42,095 nucleotides of DNA from Craspedostauros australis (taxonomy: Eukaryota): the NCBI GenBank assembly GCA_030167865.1, contig JALAGF010003894.1, positions 1 through 42,095 of the forward strand, given 5' to 3'. Positions 1 through 10,086 of the stretch are shown here, piece by piece. Within the stretch, counting starts at the first letter, position 1. Every line of letters starts with the position of its first letter. The position numbers were made by a program, and so were the translations under genes. A model generated the notes under the pieces. The model was not told the origin of the DNA and made no database searches. It saw only the letters and a program-made list of their open reading frames with translations.

Positions 1-3000
1 GGCGATGAGTTCGATGAGCAAGTCGCACTCATCGATCCCAACAAGACAGGAAATGTCACACGAGATGCCTTCATCTCTTGGTACAGCAAGCTGCTCGATG
101 GTGGCGCCAAGAAGTCCGGCGATGATGACGACGCTGACTCGTTGGACTCCGATGAAAGAGCCGAACGAGAAGAAGAACGGCAATCCGCTTCTGCAGCATT
201 CACAGAGATGGCAGGATCAGATGGCAAGGTGGGCTTTTCCGAGTTCCCGAAGCTGTTCAAGGCACTGGGGTCAACGTATGGTGAAGAGGAGTTCCGCAAG
301 CCGATGAAGAAGCTGCGCGGATCTGCATCAGGATCGGACAGGATCGACAAGGAACCGTTCTTGGATTGGTATGTGAACTGGCTGTTCGCAGGCGATGAAT
401 CAGATGACGACGACGACGACGATGATGATGTTACTGGTGGTGGTGGCGAAGCCCCAGAAACGGCGACAAGTGGAGGCTCTGGCGCTGTGTCGGGCTGGGG
501 CGATACTTTCAAGTTGGACAAGGATAGCTGGAAGTGTGACGTATGCTCTGTTCGCAACAGCGGCACAGCAACGGAGTGTGCAGCCTGCGAGACGGTGCGC
601 CCAGGATCTAAGAAGGCGAACAAGGAAAGCAAAGCAAAGGAGAGTGGATCATCATCGTCTGGTATTGGTCAAAGTGGTTTCTCCTTTGGCGGTGCGAGTA
701 GTGGTGGAGGCGCGATTGGGTCAGGTGGATTCAGTTTCGGGGCTCTCTCTGCAACATCCGCAGCTTCATCCAAGGTACCGCCGCCGCCACCACCACCACC
801 CTCATCATCTTTGTTTGGAGGAGGTGGTGGTGCTGGATCGGCAGGCGATGGCAAGTCGAAGATGTCGTTTGGCTTTGGAAGTGGGACAAGCAGTGGTGGT
901 GGATTTTCGTTTGGTGCAACAGCACTTGCCCCTCCCTCTGCAGTTCCATCCAATGACAAGAGCGCACTTGGTGGTTCTGCAGCATTCCCACCAATGGCTA
1001 GCAAGGCTCCTACTCCATTCGATGCCGCCGCACCCAAACCCAAGCCAAACAGTGGTTCTTCCGCATTCCCACCAATGGCCAGCAAGGCTCCAACACCATT
1101 CGGTGGATCAGCCAGCAAACCAAAACCAAGCGGTGGTTCATCTGCGGCATTCCCACCAATGGCTAGCAAGGCCCCCACTCCATTCGGTGCAGCGGCATCC
1201 AAGCCAAAACCAAGTGGCAGTTCGTCCGCGGCGTTCCCACCTCTGTCAAGCAAGGCTCCCACTCCATTCGGTGCGATCGCCAGCAAACCAAAACCAAGTG
1301 GCAGTTCCACGGCATTCCCACCAATGGCTAGCAAAGCCCCAACACCGTTCGGTGCAACGGCACCCAAGCCAAAGCCGAGTGGCAGTTCCGCGGCATTCCC
1401 ACCAATGGCCAGCAAAGCTCCAACGCCATTTGGTGCGACCGCCAGCAAACCAAAACCAAGTGGCAGTTCATCCGCGGCGTTCCCACCTCTGTCAAGCAAG
1501 GCCCCCACTCCATTCGGTGCCGCTGCACCCAAGCCAAAATCAAGTGGCAGTTCGTCCGCGGCATTCCCACCAATGGCCAGCAAAGCTCCAACACCATTCG
1601 GTGCGACCGTCAGCAAACCAAAACCAAGTGGCAGTTCGTCCGCGGCATTCCCACCCATGGCCAGCAAAGCTCCAACGCCATTTGGTGCGACCGCCAGCAA
1701 ACCAAAACCAAGTGGTAGTTCATCTGCGGCGTTCCCACCTCTGTCAAGCAAGGCCCCCACTCCATTCGGTGCAGCTGCACCCAAGCCAAAGCCAAGTGGC
1801 AGTTCGTCCGCGGCATTCCCACCAATGGCCAGCAAGGCACCCACTCCATTTGGTGCAGCGGCAGCCAAACCAAAACCAAGTGGCAGTTCGTCCGCATTCC
1901 CACCAATGTCAAGCAAAGCTCCAACTCCATTTGGTGCGACAGCCAACAAGTCCCAACCAAGCGGTGGAAGCTCTTCGGCATTTCCGCCCATGTCTACCAA
2001 GGCTCCCACTCCATTCGGTGCAGGAGCCAACAAGCCCAAATCAAGTGGGAGCTCTTCTTCCGCATTCCCGCCCATATCCGCCAAAGCGCCAACACCGTTT
2101 GGCGGATCTTCAACAGCATTTTCAGCAAAGCCTGCAAGCACAGGGCCTTCTCCATTTGCAGCTTTCTCTGCGAAGCCACCGAGCAGCAGCAGTGGCGCTG
2201 CCAGTGGAAGTTCGTCTGTAGCTTCCAACACACTCCCATTCGGCGCGACTACGAGCGCAACAGATCCAAATGCACCATCTGCCTCAGGTGCATCAACATT
2301 CGGTGTCGCCACAGGGAAGCCCGTGACCAGTGCTGCCCAATCGTCAGCCAGCCCTATGGCACAGACGTCTCAGCAAAAGGGCGGCAGTGCGAAGCCGCAT
2401 GCCGCTCCGTTGTCCACAAAGAATCTCTCAGATGCGGCCGTCGAGTTCCAGGCCGTGGCAGACAACTTCAAGAAGCACATTGCGAAAGTCTCCAGCATGG
2501 TGCAAGAAGTTTCGTTGGATCAGGCTATGCAGGAGAAGGTCAACCAACATGTAAACGAGATTCAGAGCATCAGGACGTCATGCATCGATCTTGACAAATC
2601 ACTCCTGGAGTTCCGCAAGCAGAATGCTTTCATCCTTGCGAGGAAGACCGATGCATCTCGTCAGGCAGCCGAAGCTCGACGATTGCTTGAGAAAGCAGCG
2701 AACGCAGACGTTCGCAACGGCGAGGATTCTATCGCGAAATCAGAACCCCTCGACATGGCGTCAGAAGCCCGCCGACGGTTGTTTGCCTGCCAGGCGATGC
2801 AGGTCAAGACTAAGAGCGACACCCTCCGCCAACGACTCGACATGGTGGAGAGCATGCGAACTTCTGCTCCGGAGGGGAGGATTGCTGTGCTCAAAGGAGT
2901 GATGATCACGAATAAAAAAGTGCAATCATTCGGCAAGATGGTGAATCGAATCGAAGCCAAGGCCCAGAATGTGTCCAAGCTGCTTCCGACCACCGCACGA

Positions 3001-5310
3001 GGGCAGAGACAGTCGCGCTCCATCGCATATGGCAGAAGCACAACGACGTATGGACTGGCCTCCCCAACTTTTGTGCGCCGAAAGAAAATTCAACAGCCTC
3101 GGATGCCAGCTCTGTTCTCACCTCAAAAGAAGCCCAGCCGAGCCAAGCAGGAATCATCGGTGGGCCAGTGGAAGCACGCTGAAAGCATCGTGCAACGCCT
3201 TGGGCAGGGTGCTGCCACCATAGTGAGAATCGACGATCTCAAGCCGGTGATAGATGGCCAATCATCAGCGAAGCGACGACAGAAAACAGCTACGATGGCC
3301 TCCATTGCGCCGTCCACGCCCACTTTCTCGTCGCCGTCACCGCAGCTTTCGGCGTTGACACCGTCATCGTTCGACCAACGAAACACAGGTGGAGGCAGTC
3401 AACAGGTGTTCATGTTCTCACCGCCATCAGCAAGGAAGCTGAGGAGCGGTTGGGACCACCCCGTGCAGAACGAACTCGACCAGGCACGACGACTGAATTT
3501 TGCCTTCTCGCAGGATCTGAAGGAGAGCACCGTGAATGATGTTTCGAAGGATGCGTTGGCCTCGTTCGGAACGACACCAGAGAGGGTGAGCGCAGCAAAC
3601 AAGGTTGTGAAGACGGGAGTGCGAACACCGCCAAAACCTCCAGTGCAGAGCAAACCGCCCGTTGCCGCACCGCAGGCCGCGAAGAAGGCGGCACAAGCCC
3701 CGGCTGCTTCGTCTGCGGCTTTCCCTCCGCTATCGACGAAGGCACCATCAAATCCCTTTTCAAAGAAGACGAGCTCTTCGGCTCCCAGCAAGCCGGATTC
3801 CAAACCAGCAACAGCAAGTGCCTCGGCATCATCGTCTTACCCGCCCGTCTCTGGCGTGGCACCCAAGTCATTCAAAGAGCTCACGTCCAAGCCATCCAAT
3901 GACGCAAAACGTGAAGGAGCATCATCGCTCTTCTCCAACCCATCCTCCGGTTCGAAGGCAAAAGCGTCCGACGAAGAGCAGGCATCTGCGGTTGCGCCAA
4001 AACCTCCAAGTTCCGCCGCCCCAGCATTCTCCGCCATGTCGACGATGGGGTCGCTTGGACTATCCTTGGGGGTTGGCAGCTCATCTAGTTCCGCTGCGCC
4101 TGGCATCGCTCCGAAGGATGACTTCAAGGCTCTGCTGACATCCTTCTACCAGAATCACAACCCATCTAAGGTCGGCGAGGTCGATAAGACCCTCCAGAAG
4201 TACATGGGACGAGAGAAGGAGATGTTTGCGAAACTGGCAGCAAAGTACAAGACGACGAGCCCTCTCGATGCAGGGGCAGGATCAGTGACAGGAGCAGCTG
4301 GTGCACCTCCGGCTGCTTCTAACCCTCAATCTTCAGGAGTATCTGCCTTTCCATCCACCTCGGCGTCCCAAGGTGCGGCAAGCTCGGGTTTCGGATCAGC
4401 ATTTTCTTCGTCGGCACCATCCAGCGCGCCTTCCCCTTTTGCTTTGTCAGGTTCTAGCAAACCAGGTACGACACCATTTGGGACAGCCAGCGCCGCCGCG
4501 CCATTCGGACAGCCCCAGCAACAACAATCGGCGCCCAAACCCGCCACAGCAGCAGCCCCTGCCGGTGGTGGATTTTCCGCTTTTTCGGGTGCGACGAATA
4601 GCATGACGACGAATGCTTCACCATTCCTACCGGCTCAGACATCGAACACGATGGCATCCGCCTCACCATTTGGGTCAGCGCCAGCTTCTGCGACGCCGTT
4701 CGGCCAGCCAGCGCAACAACCGGGTGCATTTGGCGCGCCAACCGGCGCCCAGAGCCAAGCAAAATTCAACGGGCTCACCGCGCGAGAGATGTTGGTGAAG
4801 TTCTACAACGAAAAGAACCCGACCAAGGTCGCCGAAGTGGACAAGCTGTTGGCAAAGTACGTCGGCAAGGAGGAGCAGCTGTTCCGAAACCTCGCCAAGA
4901 AGTACCAGCTTGATCCCAGCGTCTTCGGCGTGTCGTCATCCGCGGCTCCTCCAGCTGGCGGCTTTGGGATGGCAGCAGCTGCTGCGCCGAATGCATTCGG
5001 GTCTCCGTCGAATCTCGGATCGAACGCAGTGTTTGGACAGAGCCCAGGGTTCGGACAGCCCCCGCCCCAGGCCCAGCCATCGCAGGGATCTGCTTTCGGA
5101 TCTTCCACGCCATTCGGATCGACCACCACAAGCGGATTCGGCTCCCTCGCCCAGTCGTCGGGTGCTGCCACATTCGGATCGTCCGCTGCCGGAGGAGCTC
5201 CTGGATTCTCCTCGCAGGGTGCGCCGTCAGGATTTGGCGCGTTCGGATCGCCCACCCCCGGTGGTTTTGGATCCGCGGCCGCGAGCCCATTCGGTTCTGC
5301 CAGACGATAA
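1..5310 (+). CDS. FG-repeat nucleoporin (Nup214/Nup159-like C-terminal part) with EF-hand-like loops and a RanBP2-type zinc finger; 5'-partial
   Basis: Frame 1 is open from base 1 (GDEFDEQVALIDPNKTGNVTRDAFISWY...), so the true start is left of the window. Contains EF-hand-like DPNKTGNVTRDAF and AGSDGKVGFSEF, RanBP2 ZnF WKCDVCSVRN-x5-ECAACET (~529-594), FSFG/PFG repeats, a coiled-coil (~2430-2980) and a C-terminal FG-rich tail. Stop TAA at 5308-5310. Confidence 0.8.
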   Translation, partial: GDEFDEQVALIDPNKTGNVTRDAFISWYSKLLDGGAKKSGDDDDADSLDSDERAEREEERQSASAAFTEMAGSDGKVGFSEFPKLFKALGSTYGEEEFRKPMKKLRGSASGSDRIDKEPFLDWYVNWLFAGDESDDDDDDDDDVTGGGGEAPETATSGGSGAVSGWGDTFKLDKDSWKCDVCSVRNSGTATECAACETVRPGSKKANKESKAKESGSSSSGIGQSGFSFGGASSGGGAIGSGGFSFGALSATSAASSKVPPPPPPPPSSSLFGGGGGAGSAGDGKSKMSFGFGSGTSSGGGFSFGATALAPPSAVPSNDKSALGGSAAFPPMASKAPTPFDAAAPKPKPNSGSSAFPPMASKAPTPFGGSASKPKPSGGSSAAFPPMASKAPTPFGAAASKPKPSGSSSAAFPPLSSKAPTPFGAIASKPKPSGSSTAFPPMASKAPTPFGATAPKPKPSGSSAAFPPMASKAPTPFGATASKPKPSGSSSAAFPPLSSKAPTPFGAAAPKPKSSGSSSAAFPPMASKAPTPFGATVSKPKPSGSSSAAFPPMASKAPTPFGATASKPKPSGSSSAAFPPLSSKAPTPFGAAAPKPKPSGSSSAAFPPMASKAPTPFGAAAAKPKPSGSSSAFPPMSSKAPTPFGATANKSQPSGGSSSAFPPMSTKAPTPFGAGANKPKSSGSSSSAFPPISAKAPTPFGGSSTAFSAKPASTGPSPFAAFSAKPPSSSSGAASGSSSVASNTLPFGATTSATDPNAPSASGASTFGVATGKPVTSAAQSSASPMAQTSQQKGGSAKPHAAPLSTKNLSDAAVEFQAVADNFKKHIAKVSSMVQEVSLDQAMQEKVNQHVNEIQSIRTSCIDLDKSLLEFRKQNAFILARKTDASRQAAEARRLLEKAANADVRNGEDSIAKSEPLDMASEARRRLFACQAMQVKTKSDTLRQRLDMVESMRTSAPEGRIAVLKGVMITNKKVQSFGKMVNRIEAKAQNVSKLLPTTARGQRQSRSIAYGRSTTTYGLASPTFVRRKKIQQPRMPALFSPQKKPSRAKQESSVGQWKHAESIVQRLGQGAATIVRIDDLKPVIDGQSSAKRRQKTATMASIAPSTPTFSSPSPQLSALTPSSFDQRNTGGGSQQVFMFSPPSARKLRSGWDHPVQNELDQARRLNFAFSQDLKESTVNDVSKDALASFGTTPERVSAANKVVKTGVRTPPKPPVQSKPPVAAPQAAKKAAQAPAASSAAFPPLSTKAPSNPFSKKTSSSAPSKPDSKPATASASASSSYPPVSGVAPKSFKELTSKPSNDAKREGASSLFSNPSSGSKAKASDEEQASAVAPKPPSSAAPAFSAMSTMGSLGLSLGVGSSSSSAAPGIAPKDDFKALLTSFYQNHNPSKVGEVDKTLQKYMGREKEMFAKLAAKYKTTSPLDAGAGSVTGAAGAPPAASNPQSSGVSAFPSTSASQGAASSGFGSAFSSSAPSSAPSPFALSGSSKPGTTPFGTASAAAPFGQPQQQQSAPKPATAAAPAGGGFSAFSGATNSMTTNASPFLPAQTSNTMASASPFGSAPASATPFGQPAQQPGAFGAPTGAQSQAKFNGLTAREMLVKFYNEKNPTKVAEVDKLLAKYVGKEEQLFRNLAKKYQLDPSVFGVSSSAAPPAGGFGMAAAAAPNAFGSPSNLGSNAVFGQSPGFGQPPPQAQPSQGSAFGSSTPFGSTTTSGFGSLAQSSGAATFGSSAAGGAPGFSSQGAPSGFGAFGSPTPGGFGSAAASPFGSARR
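975..2105 (+). repeat. Coding tandem repeat, 14 x ~81-84 bp (SSSAAFPPMASKAPTPFGAxAxKPKPSG)
   Basis: 14 successive AFPPxxxKAPTPF units counted in the translation; the DNA units are near-identical (gcattcccaccaatggccagcaaagctcca...). Confidence 0.95.
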
Positions 5311-5870
5311 AAACAACTGAACGATTCATGCGTTGCGATGCGATGCAACCCAAACAAAGGGTGGTATTCGTATAGAACAATCATATCCAAACACCATATT
5401 ATAATCTATTACAGATAGTATAATTCATAACTATTGTATAATATACGTTGTATCACGTTCATGCAACAACCCTGCACCCAGAGCTCCAGGGAAGACGACA
5501 CGGTCATGTGAATCGTGCCGCCACGTGGGATTGTGGGGATGGTCTAGTTTCGTCCATGTAGAGCGATCACGCGATCTGTCGTTTGCTGTTTTGGCGACCG
5601 AATCTTCCGATCTTGTGACAAAACACATCACGCAAACGAGAGTGGACGCGTTACATCCCTGTTGCCTTTCGTTGGGCGTCCTCTGTCCACACCTACTGTA
5701 CGAGCTGCAGTGGCCACCACGCCCATCATCTGCGTCCTTCCGAGTTTGTCCTGCATCAAGGGATAAGCGGTGGCCAACATCTGCGAATACTATAATATAG
5801 GATAATACTTTGGAGTCAATACTCTACTTGTACTCCACTTCCACTCCACTTGTACCGCACGCTCGCATCG

Positions 5871-7061
5871 ATGTCCCGTCTCGTTCGCAAGCATGTGGGC
5901 CAGATGCTGTCGCAGTACTATTCGCAGCCTGCGGATGCGGTCGTCGGATCATCGTCGCTGCCGTCCAGCTTCGCGTCGTTGCTGGGAGAATGGCACTGGC
6001 GACGCGCCTTACGGACGGCGTACCAGAACCGGCAGGGTCATTGGCTGACGCCCGTCGAGCTGTTCCAACCGTACTATTCCAACATCCTGGCCAATTTTTG
6101 CGCCGACGCCCTGCAAGGCGACACGCCCGTGGAGATCGTGGAGGTCGGTGGCGGACGCGGTACGAACGCGGCCTTGATTTTGGATCATCTGCGAGCCTCG
6201 CATCCGCACATCTACGACTGCGTCACGTACACGCTGGTCGATGCGTCGCCGACGTTGCATCGGCTGCAGCAGGAGCGGTTGGCGACATGCGATCATGGCG
6301 CGAAGTTGCGGTTCCGGCAGTTGGATCTGATGGATGTGGCGGAAGGGCAGGCGCAGCTGCTGTCGGCGTCGGATACGATCCCCACCGTCGTGCTGGGCAT
6401 GGAGGTGCTCGATAATCTGCCGCACGACAAGATACGGCGATCGCGGTATCAAACGATGGAGCAGGCCGAGGTTTTCGGGGAGGATGGCCATCATGAGCGG
6501 TTCGTGCCGTTGCAGGATCCTTTGCTGACGAAAGTGTTGCGTTGCTGCCCTGCCCTCGTGCAGGGCCATGCGACGTGGGTGCCGAGCGTGGCGTGCGGGT
6601 TGATGCATCACATTGGCACGCAGAGACCATGTGCCGGTCTGGTGTTTGCGGACTTCGACTGGCTGCCGCCTCCTGACTTGGCAGCGTCCGAGGATCCGCC
6701 GTTATCAGAATGGGCCGAGGGCGAGCCCATCGTGTCCGGCATGGATGGCATGGATCACAGATGCTACCTGTCGACGTTCGGGGAGGCAGACGAGCGGCAG
6801 CTGTGCGACGTGCTGTTTCCAACCGACTTTGCCAACCTCGCTAAATTCATTCGTAGCACGAGGCAGTTGCCGCGTGCGCATGGACAGAAACGGTTGGAGG
6901 TGAGGGTAGAGAAGCAGGCAGAATTCCTGCATCGGTATGGGGCCGAGGAGGTGGCAAAGACGCAGAGCTGGTTGACAGGCCACACGCCGCTGTTACATGA
7001 CTTCGTCAATTGTTCCGTCTTGACGGCCACTGTGAAAGAGATGGAGGACATGAAATCATAA
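5871..7061 (+). CDS. NDUFAF7: SAM-dependent protein arginine methyltransferase, NDUFAF7/MidA family
   Basis: WLTPVELFQPYYS, motif I IVEVGGGRGTNA, YTLVDASPTL, EVLDNLPHDKI, ADFDWLP and DVLFPTDF are characteristic of the MidA/NDUFAF7 family. First in-frame ATG is at 5871. Confidence 0.85.
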   Translation: MSRLVRKHVGQMLSQYYSQPADAVVGSSSLPSSFASLLGEWHWRRALRTAYQNRQGHWLTPVELFQPYYSNILANFCADALQGDTPVEIVEVGGGRGTNAALILDHLRASHPHIYDCVTYTLVDASPTLHRLQQERLATCDHGAKLRFRQLDLMDVAEGQAQLLSASDTIPTVVLGMEVLDNLPHDKIRRSRYQTMEQAEVFGEDGHHERFVPLQDPLLTKVLRCCPALVQGHATWVPSVACGLMHHIGTQRPCAGLVFADFDWLPPPDLAASEDPPLSEWAEGEPIVSGMDGMDHRCYLSTFGEADERQLCDVLFPTDFANLAKFIRSTRQLPRAHGQKRLEVRVEKQAEFLHRYGAEEVAKTQSWLTGHTPLLHDFVNCSVLTATVKEMEDMKS

Positions 7062-7476
7062 GCTTAAAATTCAGCACAACACAGCATAGTACGATCCAGT
7101 GCAGTGCAGTTGGTTGAGTGGAGCATGGTGTATGGTATTATGTCATCGTGATGTATGACAATGCTGCATACTCGTCTTATGCAATTGGACTAATATGTAA
7201 TGTTGCTCTACGTAATCGTCCGGTGTTGCGCAGCAGCTGCGTTGTTTTGGTTCCTCATGGTCGCTTCTCCATTCATGATGGCGCTCCAAGTGGATCGCTT
7301 GGGCAATTGATAGCGCCAGCCTCGCTGAGCGTCCTGGATACAGGATAGAAGAGTCGAGATGGGGAGTTATAGAGAGCGGCTTGGGAGATGGAGACAGAGT
7401 GCCTGGGAGAGTACGCGCATACTTGTATGAAGATGGAGATGCTCAGAGCACTAATCTGGTACAGGAATACCAATGC

Positions 7477-7869
7477 CTAACCGATGGATGGACTGACCGA
7501 CACATTGCCATTGCCGTCGACAAAGATGCGAACTCGATCCTCGCGGTAATCCATGGTGACAATGCTTCCAGCCGGGAGGATCTGGATCTCCGTCACGCTG
7601 CTGTTCTCCGACATGATGGTGGCCTTTGCCTGCTCACCAGACATGCCCACCAGCTCCGGCCAATTGGTCTTCGGTGCGTCCGCCGTGGATTCCACCATGT
7701 CTCCGATGAAGTGATCTGCTGTGTGGATGGATTCTGCGCCCTCAACAATCTGGGATTCTCGTCTGTGTTCGTGGGTGTCTTCGACTCCTGAGGCCGTGAT
7801 GGATGTGGGGATGAGCAACAAAATGACAGCAACGGTCACGATCAAGATCAGCGATGTGGCTTGCTTCAT
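7477..7869 (-). CDS. Secreted serine protease inhibitor, potato inhibitor I (I13) family
   Basis: Hydrophobic signal peptide (MKQATSLILIVTVAVILLLIPTSITA), then the family signature KTNWPELVG...A...I...GSIVTMDYREDRVRIFVD...P.IG. Confidence 0.92.
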   Translation of the reverse strand: MKQATSLILIVTVAVILLLIPTSITASGVEDTHEHRRESQIVEGAESIHTADHFIGDMVESTADAPKTNWPELVGMSGEQAKATIMSENSSVTEIQILPAGSIVTMDYREDRVRIFVDGNGNVSVSPSIG

Positions 7870-9293
7870 CTTCCTTTATTGGTTTGTTTCGTTGGTTTGT
7901 GTCGTTGGTTTGTTTGATGTGGCCGTTGATCCGTTTCTTTGTGTGCTTTGGTTGGGTGATGGAGAGAATGCTCGTTCTTCGCGCATCGCGGAATGGTGCC
8001 TCTTGTTGTTGGTGCCAACCGTGGCGATCCTTCCTTCCGAGTTCAGGTTCCACCAAGACGTCAAGAGAAGACAGCGCGTGATCGTCACGTCTTCATTGTG
8101 ATGACTGTGACGCAATTGCCACGATTCGTTCAAGTATTCGTTTTCGCGTGTTGTTTTGTGTTCGTATTTTCGTTCCGTCTTGTGCGAGTCCTGATTGGCT
8201 GAACTCAATGTCGTGTTAGTCGTGAGCATTGTAACTATTCATCATATAATACTGACATTCACACGATGCATAATCTCGGACACAGTTGTGATAACGGACA
8301 ATCATAAATACGAACAAAATGAAAAATGTGGTGTTGAATCCCGGATTGAAAGAAAGGGCCTAGAATATCGACATTGGATGTAGATCAGGAGAATAGGACA
8401 ATGACGTCGCGGATGACGGCGTCACGGATTTGGGTGAGCATGTTGCACGTGGAAAAGAAATGTGCAATCCCCTTCGTGATTGTGCAGCCTTTCACCTTCA
8501 CCTCTCTTGCGTGCTGATGGTATACTTCAGCCTTCTTCTGCCAAAGATTCGAAAGCAGAAACGAATGCGGCCAGGAGTGGACTAAATCGTTGTTGAAACA
8601 AGATCGGCGGCGGAACCCAGGGCGCTTGTGGGTGTGACCAGACGCGCACAGAGCGAATGGATCTGCTCGATGTTCCTTGCGGATGCAGGACCTCCGGTGG
8701 GAACCTCTGTCGGTGGTACTTGAAGATCCGGCCACGCCCGCCAACCATCGAGGAGCCTTGGTCCTTGGGTTGGTATGGTCCGCATCCACGCCGCTCGTCG
8801 CTGTTCCAGGTGCCACCGGTATCGTCACCGTCATCGTCATCGTCGTTGCTTCGGATGGCACGACTCGTCATACTCGTAGTATAATTCTAACATATATTCG
8901 TACTGTTGGTCTCGTATTGAGTACAGCACACCAGAGCAGAGTATTCGTGTAGAGCACGTACGTGTAGTACACAGGATGACTGTTGTCACCGCTAGTCTCA
9001 TCGTGATGGTAGTTGCTGTCATTGTCGACATCATTGTTGCTGCCATGCTCAGCAGGCCCAGCCGTGCTACCAACAAACGCGCAAGCACGCAAGCAGCATC
9101 AGCAGTCCGCTGCACTCTTCCAGGCACACAGGCGGAGATGACATGGTGGACCGGATAGTTGATGGGCTTCGCGATCTGCGAACATCCAATCCACCAACAG
9201 ACGTCCGTTGTCTTGCGGACATTCGACTTGGACACGGAGACGCAGGAACGAGCGAAACCAAGTGCAACAAATGCAAGTCCCTCATCAGACAGG

Positions 9294-9353
9294 AATCCGA
9301 GTACGAATCCAAGTACAAATCCAAGCACGAATTCAAGTACAAATCCAAGTACG
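9294..9353. repeat. 12-bp minisatellite x5 (aatccaagtacr)
   Basis: aatccgagtacg/aatccaagtaca/aatccaagcacg/aattcaagtaca/aatccaagtacg. Confidence 0.9.
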
Positions 9354-10062
9354 AATACGAATGCTCTTCCTGGAGAGAGGAATACCCGCATTGGCCTCTG
9401 CATTCAAGGTCTACTCGACTCAACTCTACCACTGTGATGTGGAGAGAGGGACTGTGGCATCGGATTCCGACAGAAGGAGGCGGGAGCAGAAGGACTGGCT
9501 CTCACTGCGCACGATAGGCGTAGCGCGTACTGGAGAATAGTACATACATGGACAGTCCACAATTGCATACGAACGTCAGAGGGTGGTACTGATTGTCTTC
9601 CATGGGCACAACAAACGTTCGTTGAATGGAAGGAGGATTGCAGCTGTTGATTGCCTGTGCGAGCGCGAGTGTTTGTGCGGCGCTGCGTTCTGCAGTCACC
9701 TATTCTACTTTCTTCTCTTTTCTGATTCCAACCCCAAGACAGATACAGCAAGAGAAACGCAGCCAAAATGATGCGCTCTTGAGGGGCTCTGTCCTTGGGA
9801 ATGATCATGTTGGTATGCAGAGGATAATTGGTTTGATCTTGTCCTAACTTCCATCGACATCATCGTATCGTCTTCAATTCTCACTTTCGGCATTCCCAGG
9901 GAAGGGGCAGAGCTGCAATGTTTCTTGGTGCTTCTGGTTCCTGTTTCTACTCCCTGCCACATCTTACAATCGTCATGGTTGTGTTATTCCTGTTTGCAGA
10001 GTGGTCTGGGGCCTCTCCCTTGTCCGCATCGTTCCCCTGACGTGACAGTTTAGACACTGCAC

Positions 10063-10086
10063 GCTCTCTCTCTCTCTCTCTCTCTG
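10063..10086. repeat. (CT)n microsatellite
   Basis: Uninterrupted run of ct dinucleotides. Confidence 0.9.

Noticed and set aside
975-2105. CRISPR-like regularly spaced repeats
   Set aside because: Units are contiguous, in-frame coding repeats without unique spacers; eukaryotic context and no cas genes.
395-2312. Long overlapping ORFs 395-2221 (+) and 669-2312 (-) with repetitive translations
   Set aside because: Shadow frames of the nucleoporin tandem repeat: a stop-free repeat unit propagates open frames.
8385-8871. Overlapping minus-strand ORFs of 114-158 aa
   Set aside because: No recognisable homology and no frame clearly favoured.
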